This document shows positions 49,140-57,164 of a DNA stretch of 64,000 nucleotides, one piece after another. Every line of letters starts with the position of its first letter. Position 1 is the first letter of the stretch. The position numbers were made by a program, and so were the translations under genes. The stretch is taken from the NCBI RefSeq assembly GCF_036675695.1, contig NZ_JAKFEL010000110.1, forward strand, positions 839-64,838. The letters run 5' to 3'. The notes beneath the pieces were generated by a model. The model made no database searches. It saw only the letters and a program-made list of their open reading frames with translations, and was not told the origin of the DNA. This stretch comes from Aeromicrobium sp. Lineage in GTDB: Bacteria; Actinomycetota; Actinomycetes; Propionibacteriales; Nocardioidaceae.

Positions 49140-52094
49140 TCAGCTGCAGCCGCTGGTGCTGCCGCAGCCTTCGCAGACGTGGCAGGACCCGGCGGGGCGC
49201 ATCTTGGTTCCGCAGGTCATGCACAGCGGCGAGTCGACTGCGGAGCCGGTGATGGCTTCGAACAGCTCAGCGCTCGTGTGAGCTGCCGACGGAGCGGGCT
49301 TGGCCGTGATCTGGATGTGCTCCACCGGATCAGTGTCGGCCATGTCCTCGGCTTCGAGGTGACCCTTGGGCCCTTCGCTCGCAGAGCTCGCTCCCGCGGC
49401 TCCGCCGCTAGGGGACGAGGTGCTCGCTCCCTTGGCTTCGTCGCTAGGCGGGGTGTCGATTAGTTCGGCGGCTGTGGTGCCCGCTGAGATGGGCTGGTGG
49501 GAGCCCGTGTCGAGGTAGCGCTGGCGCTCGTCGGCCGAGTGGATGCCGAGAGCCGAACGGGTGTCGAAGTCCAGGTAGTCCAAGGCCAGACGGCGGAACG
49601 TGTAGTCCATGATCGACTGGCTCATACGGACATCCGGGTCGTCGGTCAGACCGGCCGGCTCGAACTTCATGTTGGTGAACTTCTGAACGAAGGTCTCCAG
49701 CGGCACACCGTACTGCAGCGAGATGCTGATCGCGATCGAGAAGGCGTCCATCATTCCGGCGAGGGTCGAGCCCTGCTTGCCGAGCTTCATGAAGATCTCG
49801 CCCAGCTGACCGTCCTCGTGAGCACCCGAGGTCATGTAGCCCTCGGCGCCACCGACGGAGAACGACGTCGTGATCGACTTGCGCGACTTCGGCATCTTGC
49901 GACGGATCGGCTTCTCGACGATGACCGTCTTGACCTCAGCCTCAGTGCCACCGGACGACTTCGCTTCCTTGCCGTCGCTGAGCGGCTGACCGACCTTGCA
50001 GTTGTCGCGGTAGACCGCGAGCGCCTTGAGGCCGAGCTTCCAACCCTGGAAGTAGACATCCTTGATCTCTTCGACCGTGGCGTTCTCCGGCAGGTTGACC
50101 GTCTTGGAGATGGCACCCGACAGGAACGGCTGGCACGCAGCCATCATGTGCACGTGGCCCATCGGAGCGATGGAGCGCTGGCCCATGGCGGTGTCGAAGA
50201 TCGAGTAGTGCTCGGTCTTGAGACCCGGTGCGTCGACGACGTGACCGTTCTCGCCGATGAACTCGACGATCGCCTCGATCGTCTCGCCGGCGTAGCCGAG
50301 CTTCTTGAGCGCGGCCGGGATGGTCTGGTTGACGATCTGCATCGAACCGCCACCGACGAGCTTCTTGAACTTGACCAGCGAGAAGTCCGGCTCGATGCCG
50401 GTCGTGTCGCAGTCCATCATGAAGCCGATCGTGCCGGTCGGTGCGAGCACCGACGCCTGGCTGTTGCGCCAGCCGTTCTTCTGACCGATCTCGAGGTTGA
50501 GCTTCCACTGCTTGGCAGCCTCACGGTGCACCGCGATGTCCATCGCGTGCAGCGTGCGGATCTCGTCGTTGGCGGCCTGGTGCTTGCGCATGACCCGCTC
50601 GTGCGCCGAAGCGTTGAGCTGGAAGCCGTCGTACGGGCCGACGACACCGGCAACCTCAGCGGAGCGACGGTAGGAGGTGCCGGTCATCAGCGAGGTGATC
50701 GATGCGGCGAGCGCGCGGCCACCGTCGGAGTCGTATGCGAGACCGGACGCCATGAGCAGCGCGCCGAGGTTGGCGAAGCCGATGCCGAGCTGGCGGTAGG
50801 CACGCGTGGTGTCACCGATCGCCTCGGTCGGGAAGTCCGCGAAGCAGATCGAGATGTCCATCGCGGTGATGATGAACTCGGTCGCCTTGACGAACGTCTC
50901 GGTGTCGAACGAGCCGTCGTCCTTGAGGAACTTCAGCAGGTTGAGCGAGGCAAGGTTGCAGCTCGAGTTGTCGAGGTGCATGTATTCGGAGCACGGGTTG
51001 GACGCCGTGATGCGGCCAGCCTCGGGCGAGGTGTGCCAGTCGTTGATCACACCGTCGTACTGGATGCCGGGATCGGCACACGCCCAGGCGGCCTTGGCGA
51101 TGTCGTCCCACAGCGTGCGAGCGTCAACGGTCTCGATGATCGAGCCATCCGTACGGGCGCGGAGACCGAACTCGGTGCCCTTCTCGACAGCCTGCATGAA
51201 CTCGTCGTTGACGCGGATCGAGTTGTTGGCGTTCTGGTACTGGACCGACGTGATGTCGGCGCCACCGAGGTCCATGTCGTAGCCGGCATCGCGGAGGACG
51301 CGGATCTTGTCTTCTTCGCGCTCCTTGGTGTGGATGAACTCCTCAATGTCCGGGTGATCGACGTCGAGGACGACCATCTTGGCCGCGCGACGCGTGGCGC
51401 CACCGGACTTGATGGTGCCTGCCGACGCGTCAGCACCACGCATGAAGGAGACGGGACCGGAAGCAGTGCCGCCCGAGGAGCGGAGCAGCTCCTTGGAGGA
51501 ACGGATGCGCGACAGGTTGAGGCCGGCGCCTGAGCCGCCCTTGAAGATCATTCCCTCTTCGCGGTACCAGTTGAGGATCGAGTCCATCGAGTCATCCACC
51601 GCAAGGATGAAGCAGGCGGAGACCTGCTGGGGGCTCGACGTACCGACGTTGAACCACACCGGGCTGTTGAAGCTGAAGACCTGGTGCAGGAGCATGTGCG
51701 TCAGCTCGTGCTCGAAGATCGTGGCCTGCTCCTCGTCGGCGAAGTAGCCGTTGTCGCGGCCAGCCTGCGTGTACGTCAGTACGACGCGGTCGAGCAGCTG
51801 GCGGAGGCTCTGCTCACGCTCGGGCGTACCGACCGCACCGCGGAAGTATTTAGTCGTGACGATCGTGGAGGCGTTGACGCTCCAGAAGTCGGGGAACTCG
51901 ACGCCGCGCTGCTCGAAGACGTTCTCGCCGGTCTTCCAGTTTGTCTGGACGACGTCGCGACGCTCCCAGGTGACGGCGTCGTACGGGTGCGTGCCGGGGG
52001 TCGTGTAGACGCGCTCGATCGACAGCTGCTTGCCCTTGTTGCGGCCTGCTGTCTTGCGCGAGGACCCGGTGGGCCCGTTGACCGTCTCCGTCAT
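49140..52094 (-). CDS. nrdJ: Vitamin B12-dependent (class II) ribonucleotide reductase
   Basis: FNSPVWFN, SACFI, ASNPCSEY, APTGTI, C-terminal TSCPD-type region and Cys4 tail; no intein seen. Confidence 0.96.
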   Translation of the reverse strand: MTETVNGPTGSSRKTAGRNKGKQLSIERVYTTPGTHPYDAVTWERRDVVQTNWKTGENVFEQRGVEFPDFWSVNASTIVTTKYFRGAVGTPEREQSLRQLLDRVVLTYTQAGRDNGYFADEEQATIFEHELTHMLLHQVFSFNSPVWFNVGTSSPQQVSACFILAVDDSMDSILNWYREEGMIFKGGSGAGLNLSRIRSSKELLRSSGGTASGPVSFMRGADASAGTIKSGGATRRAAKMVVLDVDHPDIEEFIHTKEREEDKIRVLRDAGYDMDLGGADITSVQYQNANNSIRVNDEFMQAVEKGTEFGLRARTDGSIIETVDARTLWDDIAKAAWACADPGIQYDGVINDWHTSPEAGRITASNPCSEYMHLDNSSCNLASLNLLKFLKDDGSFDTETFVKATEFIITAMDISICFADFPTEAIGDTTRAYRQLGIGFANLGALLMASGLAYDSDGGRALAASITSLMTGTSYRRSAEVAGVVGPYDGFQLNASAHERVMRKHQAANDEIRTLHAMDIAVHREAAKQWKLNLEIGQKNGWRNSQASVLAPTGTIGFMMDCDTTGIEPDFSLVKFKKLVGGGSMQIVNQTIPAALKKLGYAGETIEAIVEFIGENGHVVDAPGLKTEHYSIFDTAMGQRSIAPMGHVHMMAACQPFLSGAISKTVNLPENATVEEIKDVYFQGWKLGLKALAVYRDNCKVGQPLSDGKEAKSSGGTEAEVKTVIVEKPIRRKMPKSRKSITTSFSVGGAEGYMTSGAHEDGQLGEIFMKLGKQGSTLAGMMDAFSIAISISLQYGVPLETFVQKFTNMKFEPAGLTDDPDVRMSQSIMDYTFRRLALDYLDFDTRSALGIHSADERQRYLDTGSHQPISAGTTAAELIDTPPSDEAKGASTSSPSGGAAGASSASEGPKGHLEAEDMADTDPVEHIQITAKPAPSAAHTSAELFEAITGSAVDSPLCMTCGTKMRPAGSCHVCEGCGSTSGCS

Positions 52095-52175
52095 GGGGAT
52101 GCTCCTAAATGTCTGTGTTGCGGTGGGGGGGGAGGTTGTCTTGCTGGTCTTGCGTGCCGGCTTAAGGGGTCCGGC

Positions 52176-52667
52176 TCAAGTCTTGTGTTGCTGTGCTGTC
52201 TCTTCGGCAAGCTCACCGTCGGCCGTGGCCGACATGATGCTGGCGATCTCGGCGGCAAAGTCATCTGCTGACTCGAACGCCTTGTAGACGCTCGCGAATC
52301 GCAGGTAGGCGACCTCGTCGAGGCTCTTGAGCGGTTCGAGGATGGCGAGGCCGACTTCGTGGGCCGGCACCTCAGCACATCCCGAATCGCGGAGGGTGTC
52401 CTCGACCTGCTGGCCGAGTCGTGCCAAGTCGTCATCGGAAACCGGTCGGCCCTTGCAGGCCTTGCGGACACCGGCGATCGCCTTGTCGCGGAGGAAGGGC
52501 TCAGTCGCACCTGAACGCTTGACCACGGTGAGCTGCATTTGCTCGATCGTGGTGAAGCGCTTGTTGCAGTCGGAGCACATACGACGGCGGCGGATGGCTC
52601 CACCTTCGTCGGCGACACGGCTGTCCAGGACTTTGGTGTCGGTGTTCTTGCAGAACGGACAATGCAT
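52176..52667 (-). CDS. nrdR: Transcriptional repressor NrdR
   Basis: MHCPFC...VLDSR...IRRRRMC..C..RFTT zinc ribbon, ATP cone, AYLRFASVY. Confidence 0.96.
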   Translation of the reverse strand: MHCPFCKNTDTKVLDSRVADEGGAIRRRRMCSDCNKRFTTIEQMQLTVVKRSGATEPFLRDKAIAGVRKACKGRPVSDDDLARLGQQVEDTLRDSGCAEVPAHEVGLAILEPLKSLDEVAYLRFASVYKAFESADDFAAEIASIMSATADGELAEETAQQHKT

Positions 52668-52800
52668 CGCGTGCTCCTTCCCTCATACCAAAGGGCTGTC
52701 AATGGACTTCTGAGTCTTGAAGTGCTCCCGATGTGGGGAGAACCTGTGGAAACCGTGTGGATTCCGAGCTGTTTCGGTGTGTAACCCGTCCGAACCTGTG

Positions 52801-52848
52801 GAACTAGATGTGGACGAACAACAACGGTGTAACTACTAGATGTAGTGC
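52801..52848. promoter_or_regulatory. Tandem NrdR boxes
   Basis: Cores CTAGATGTGG (52804-13) and CTAGATGTAG (52836-45), 32 bp apart, resembling the NrdR-box consensus and spacing. Confidence 0.75.
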
Positions 52849-52990
52849 CACTGTACGCCGCAGGTGTGGCCCACGCAACACAATTGCAGTAGGCGCCCAC
52901 AGTTTTTCTGGGGTTCCCTGAAACCGCAGGTCAAAGCCAATTTGAGCGGCGAAATTGCGGCGTGTCGGATGCTCAATCGAGCCCTCCGAC

Positions 52991-53174
52991 TCACGGGGTT
53001 TCGATACGTCAGCCGCGGGCGGCCTCCTACTCAACCACCGGTGGTTGAGTAGCGAGGAACCAGCCCGTATCGAAACCTCATGAGGTCACTCCGCGACGCG
53101 CTTTCGAGATGGTGGCATGGACTCGGTGGTTGAGTAGCCGCGAGGAACGAGTGGCGTATCGAAACCTCGTGAGG
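52991..53174. repeat. REP-like doublet (A rev + B fwd) plus single B unit, upstream of GIY-YIG gene
   Basis: Doublet 52991-53085 with zero-spacer centre ACCACCGGTGGT; single unit 53125-53174. Confidence 0.92.
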
Positions 53175-53240
53175 TCGAAGGCTCGCTCGACTGTGGATGG
53201 CCGAGTCGCTTCGATCACCGAGCTCATCCATGCTCGCCCG

Positions 53241-53543
53241 ATGATGGGCGGGTACATGTACATCCTGAGGTGCTCTGACGACAGTTACTACGTCGGCAGC
53301 ACCATCAACATCCTCTTTCGCATGCAACAGCACCAAGACGGCGAGGGCGCTGCGTACACGAAACGACGCTTGCCCGTTGAACTCGTCTACTGCCTGCCTT
53401 GTGAGTGGATCGTCCAGGCGTTCTGGTTCGAGAAGCGCGTCCAAGGATGGTCCAGGGCAAAGCGCAAAGCGCTCATCAGCGGCGACCTGCATCTTCTGCC
53501 CGAGCTGGCGAAGAAGAAGTTCCCCAAGCGAGTTGCAGAGTGA
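53241..53543 (+). CDS. Small GIY-YIG nuclease (UPF0213/YhbQ-like)
   Basis: GYMYILRCSDDSYYVGST, conserved Arg/His (RMQQH), FEK..QGWSRAKRKALI; -10-like CATGCT 6 nt before ATG 53241. Confidence 0.88.
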   Translation: MMGGYMYILRCSDDSYYVGSTINILFRMQQHQDGEGAAYTKRRLPVELVYCLPCEWIVQAFWFEKRVQGWSRAKRKALISGDLHLLPELAKKKFPKRVAE

Positions 53544-53544
53544 C

Positions 53545-53640
53545 CTCACGAGGTTTCGATACGTCGGCCGCGGGCGGCCTCCTACTCAACCACCGGTGGT
53601 TGAGTAGCCGCGAGGAACGAGCGGCGTATCGAAACCTCGC
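53545..53640. repeat. REP-like doublet (A rev + B fwd) immediately after the GIY-YIG stop
   Basis: CTCACGAGGTTTCGATACG...CTACTCAACCACCGGTGGTTGAGTAG...CGTATCGAAACC, starting 2 nt after TGA. Confidence 0.92.
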
Positions 53641-53651
53641 GGTGCGGATGG

Positions 53652-54203
53652 TTAGCCGGGTGGGCGGGAGTCGGCTGTGGCGTTGGGGCAGAGCACCTCG
53701 CGCGGAGATCCTGAGTGGATCTGCTCAGGCAGGGCGATGACGACCGTGCGCTTCACGAAGGCGCTGCTGGTGCGCAGGTGCACATCCTTGACGAAGCTGC
53801 CTGCGCGAGACGACAGTCGCTCGCACGCCGTCATGAACAGCGACAGCGTGACCAGCCGGCGGTCCCCCGCACCGACCGTGAACTCTGACTTGTCGCCGGA
53901 CTTGAGCGACTTGTAGTCGAACAGCGTCGGCTTCACCTTGGGCTGCGCAATGCCCTCGACCTTGATCGGCAGCAAACCGTCGTTGACCAGCTCGAACGTG
54001 TAGGTGAGCGTCTTGCGGTCGGCATACCGGATCTGGCGGATCGTGTCCTCGCCGATGTCGAACACCGCCGAGGCTTCAGTCCCCTTGACGCTTGTCGGAC
54101 CGGCAGCAGTGAGCGAGGGAGAGAACCCCGCGTACGCCGGGGCAGCTCCCAGAACCAGCGCCCCGGCGACGAGACCCCCTGCGATGACCTTGCGAGAAGG
54201 CAA
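53652..54203 (-). CDS. Hypothetical secreted protein
   Basis: Signal peptide ending AYA; 2 nt from the upstream beta-helix gene, so probably co-transcribed. Confidence 0.7.
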   Translation of the reverse strand: MPSRKVIAGGLVAGALVLGAAPAYAGFSPSLTAAGPTSVKGTEASAVFDIGEDTIRQIRYADRKTLTYTFELVNDGLLPIKVEGIAQPKVKPTLFDYKSLKSGDKSEFTVGAGDRRLVTLSLFMTACERLSSRAGSFVKDVHLRTSSAFVKRTVVIALPEQIHSGSPREVLCPNATADSRPPG

Positions 54204-54205
54204 CG

Positions 54206-56050
54206 TCAGCTCCGCGCACGACGACGCTGAGCGATGCGCTGCATGCCTACTGCCGCAAGGCCAAGACCGACCAGGATCGCGGCTCCCGGAGACGAGCCAC
54301 CGGTCGACGACAGGACACCGACGAGCGGGCCTTCCGTACGAGCGTCAGTCGGCTGCGCGGGATCCTTGAACCAGCTGCACAGCGGCGGGTTCCGCCACTG
54401 CGGGTCAGCACGGTTGTACTGGCTGCAGGTCAGGAATCCAGCGTCCTTGACGATCAGACCGGGCAGCAGCTTGGAGCCGCCTCCAGCACAGGATCCGGGA
54501 TTGATCACGAAGTTGTGGGTCGCCTTGCCGCGGGAAGACTTGTTGTTCTCCCAGCAGTTGCCGGTGCCCTGGTCATCCCACCAGTGATCCATGCCGTTGT
54601 GGGCGATCGTGCCGTCAGCCTTGATGCCCATGGTGTTGTTCTTGACCTGGTTGCCGTGGGACGTGTCGAACAGCTTGCTCGGGTCGAACTCGTCACGCAG
54701 CGGAGCCGGGACCCAGAACTGCATGGTGCCGTAGCGCCAGTTGTTGTAGATCCGGTTGTTGTCGGTGAGGTTGAAGTTGCCGCCAGCGATCAGTACGCCG
54801 GTGCCAACGGGTGTCGGGATGACCGGGCAGACGGTGCCGTTGATGTAGCCGCGTTCCTTCATCGGCTTGGCGCAGATACCCGTATGGACGTACTTCTTGA
54901 AGTAGTTCTGGTTGTTGCTGAAGATGTCGTTGTATGCCCACCGTGCGTGGTCCTGCGGGAGGCCGGGGTGGCCCGGGAACAACGAGTCCGTCGCGATACC
55001 AGTGGCGTTCTCGTAGAACTTGTTGTGGTGTGCGTAGACCGAGTTGCCGGCGGTGCCGGAGTAGCCCAGCGCGTTGTGGTGGCTCTTGTTGTTGCGGATC
55101 TCGATCGCGTAGCGCTTGACCGCGATCGTCTTGCTGTCAGCGTTGAGGTCGGACGCCGAGCCGGGGTAGATGCCCGAGTCGCCGTTGTAATAGGCGTCGA
55201 CGTTCTGGATCAGTCCGTGATCGCTGGCGAACGCGAGGATGCCGTACTCGTCATTGCCTCGAGCGACGACCTTGTCGACCAGGAAGCCATCGGTCTCCAG
55301 GACGTAGACGGCGTTGAACTCAGCCTGCTGCACCGTGAAGTTGCGGAACACGATGCCGTTGACACGGTCGGTGCGGATCGCGTTGAGCTTGCTGAACTTG
55401 TTGTCGATCACGACGTCCTTCATGCTGCGACCGGTTCCGACGAGCTGCGTGCCGCAGAACTGGTTGTTGCACTTGATCGACGTGTCGTCGGGGGTCTTGT
55501 CGCCCATGATCGCGATGAGGTTCAGGTTGTGCGGGCACTTGACCTGGTCGGCGTATGAGAGAGCAATCGGGCCGTCGCCGTATTCTGCGGCGGGCTGCTC
55601 ACCGACGAGGCTGCCGATGTATTGGGTGAGCTGGTCACCGAGCGGGTTGGTGCTGATCTTCTTGATCGACGCGCAGTAGCCCTCGGGCTTGCTGTTCGCG
55701 TACTTCGACTCAAGGTAGGTGCCGGGGAGGATGTAGATCGACGTCTTGGGCACCTTGATGCTGTTGATCGCGTCCTGGATCGAGCTGTAGTTGCACTTGT
55801 TGAGCAGCTGCTTGTTGCGGGTCTTGAGAGCACCGCTCGGCATGTTGGCGATGAGGGCACTGCTCTTGCTCGTACAGACGACTCGATAGTGGTCGTTGTA
55901 CAGCCCCTTGTACGTAGGCACCGTGCCGGTGCCGTCAGGGAACGATGCCGCCCGCTCCTCGTGTGCGCTCGCGGGAGCGGCGATGAGAAGACTGCCGAAC
56001 ATCGTGGTGACGATGAGAGCGAGCAGGGCAAAGTACGAGCGAGTGCGCAT
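54206..56050 (-). CDS. Secreted right-handed parallel beta-helix protein with C-terminal anchor
   Basis: Signal peptide, PbH1-like repeats (YNGDSGIYPG, HNKFYENATGI), C-terminal hydrophobic + RRR tail; ATG 56050. Confidence 0.78.
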   Translation of the reverse strand: MRTRSYFALLALIVTTMFGSLLIAAPASAHEERAASFPDGTGTVPTYKGLYNDHYRVVCTSKSSALIANMPSGALKTRNKQLLNKCNYSSIQDAINSIKVPKTSIYILPGTYLESKYANSKPEGYCASIKKISTNPLGDQLTQYIGSLVGEQPAAEYGDGPIALSYADQVKCPHNLNLIAIMGDKTPDDTSIKCNNQFCGTQLVGTGRSMKDVVIDNKFSKLNAIRTDRVNGIVFRNFTVQQAEFNAVYVLETDGFLVDKVVARGNDEYGILAFASDHGLIQNVDAYYNGDSGIYPGSASDLNADSKTIAVKRYAIEIRNNKSHHNALGYSGTAGNSVYAHHNKFYENATGIATDSLFPGHPGLPQDHARWAYNDIFSNNQNYFKKYVHTGICAKPMKERGYINGTVCPVIPTPVGTGVLIAGGNFNLTDNNRIYNNWRYGTMQFWVPAPLRDEFDPSKLFDTSHGNQVKNNTMGIKADGTIAHNGMDHWWDDQGTGNCWENNKSSRGKATHNFVINPGSCAGGGSKLLPGLIVKDAGFLTCSQYNRADPQWRNPPLCSWFKDPAQPTDARTEGPLVGVLSSTGGSSPGAAILVGLGLAAVGMQRIAQRRRARS

Positions 56051-56120
56051 GAAGCCTCCGTGACGTTGCACCAACAACGACGGGGTGTGACTGAGAGTTA
56101 CGAAGAACGGCCGCGGGAAG

Positions 56121-56327
56121 CTAGCGCTTGCGGGTGCGCTCGTCCGGCGACTTGTAGGTGCCCGTCGTATGACGCGCCATCAGCAGCTGCTCGTTGCCTT
56201 TGCCGGCTTCCTGGACGAACTTGATCGCCTGGGCGCCGCGCAGCACCGTCGCCTCGTGGCCGTGATGCGAGATCACGACCTCCTTGCCGCGGACCTCCCA
56301 CGAGTAGCCGCTCGGCCGGCCCTTCAT
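56121..56327 (-). CDS. Small hypothetical protein
   Basis: 68 aa, ATGA-coupled to the upstream amidotransferase gene. Confidence 0.6.
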   Translation of the reverse strand: MKGRPSGYSWEVRGKEVVISHHGHEATVLRGAQAIKFVQEAGKGNEQLLMARHTTGTYKSPDERTRKR

Positions 56328-57004
56328 ACGCTCACGCCCAGGTAGTGGAGCGCTGAGTCGGTGAGCTTGTGGGCAGCGATGCGACTGCGTGCCTCGTTCT
56401 CGTGTGCCTGGCGGATCAGGTCCTTCTCGTCGACACCGCCGTCACCGTAGTAGCCCTCGTTGACCCAGCGCTCGTACGTCGCGGCGGTCACCTCGGGATG
56501 GAACTGCCACGCAATCGCACGTGCGCCGAGCGAGTCGTCGATGAAGCACTGCGTGCCGCGCCAGGACGTACCGAGTACGCGCGCGTTGGGCGGCGGGGCG
56601 AAGACGTCGCTGTGCAGCTGGGCCCACGGTCCCTCGGGGCACAGCACATGATCGACGGTGTCGACCCGCTGCCAGCCGACCTCGGCCATGTCGGCGCGCC
56701 ACGAGGTGCCGCCGAGTGCGCGAGCCATCAGCTGGGCGCCGTAGCAAATGCCCATGACCGGGGTGTCGTCGCGAAGCGCCGCGCGTACTAATGCCGACTC
56801 GGCTTCGACGACGTCTTTCCATTTGGGTTCATGAGCCGAACGGTCGGAACCAAGCAGCAGGATCAGGTCGGTGTCGCCGATCGAGTCATATGGCGCGAGC
56901 TCGTCGCGATCGAGCTGGACGATCTCGCCGCCGAGCTGCTCCAGGCGTTCGACGACGAATCCGCCGTCAGAGTCGACGACGTCAGCAATGACATGAATCC
57001 GCAT
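56324..57004 (-). CDS. Type 1 glutamine amidotransferase-like protein
   Basis: LLGS, GICYGAQL nucleophile elbow, QFHPE; ATG 57004. Confidence 0.85.
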   Translation of the reverse strand: MRIHVIADVVDSDGGFVVERLEQLGGEIVQLDRDELAPYDSIGDTDLILLLGSDRSAHEPKWKDVVEAESALVRAALRDDTPVMGICYGAQLMARALGGTSWRADMAEVGWQRVDTVDHVLCPEGPWAQLHSDVFAPPPNARVLGTSWRGTQCFIDDSLGARAIAWQFHPEVTAATYERWVNEGYYGDGGVDEKDLIRQAHENEARSRIAAHKLTDSALHYLGVSV

Positions 57005-57034
57005 GCACCCATCCTCCCACTCGGTGCCTACCTC

Positions 57035-57083
57035 GGTGGTTGAGTAGGAGGCCGCCCGCGGCCGACGTATCGAAACCTCGTGA
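57035..57083. repeat. REP-like single A unit R6
   Basis: GGTGGTTGAGTAG-GAGGCCGCCCGCGGCCGA-CGTATCGAAACC-TCGTGA. Confidence 0.9.
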
Positions 57084-57164
57084 CCCAAGAGGCTCGAGCG
57101 AGTGGTGGCCAAGCGTTCATGTTGCGTTTCCTAACGTGGGACTACGCCGCGCAGTTGAGCCGGT

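Noticed and set aside
49140-52094. Intein or intron in nrdJ, or a cobalamin riboswitch upstream
   Set aside because: The frame is continuous with ordinary length and no splicing motifs; no riboswitch core was recognised.
52125-52132. G8 run between nrdR and nrdJ as a phase-variation tract
   Set aside because: Short, intergenic and plausible by chance at this GC content.
53109-53240. N-terminal extension of the GIY-YIG ORF (MVAWTRWLSSREE...)
   Set aside because: It is read-through of a repeat unit; the same WLSS/YRNL peptides appear in spurious ORFs wherever the repeat occurs.
57100-57164. PHO box upstream of phoD
   Set aside because: Only one weak GTTCA-like half-site, with no convincing 11-bp direct repeat.
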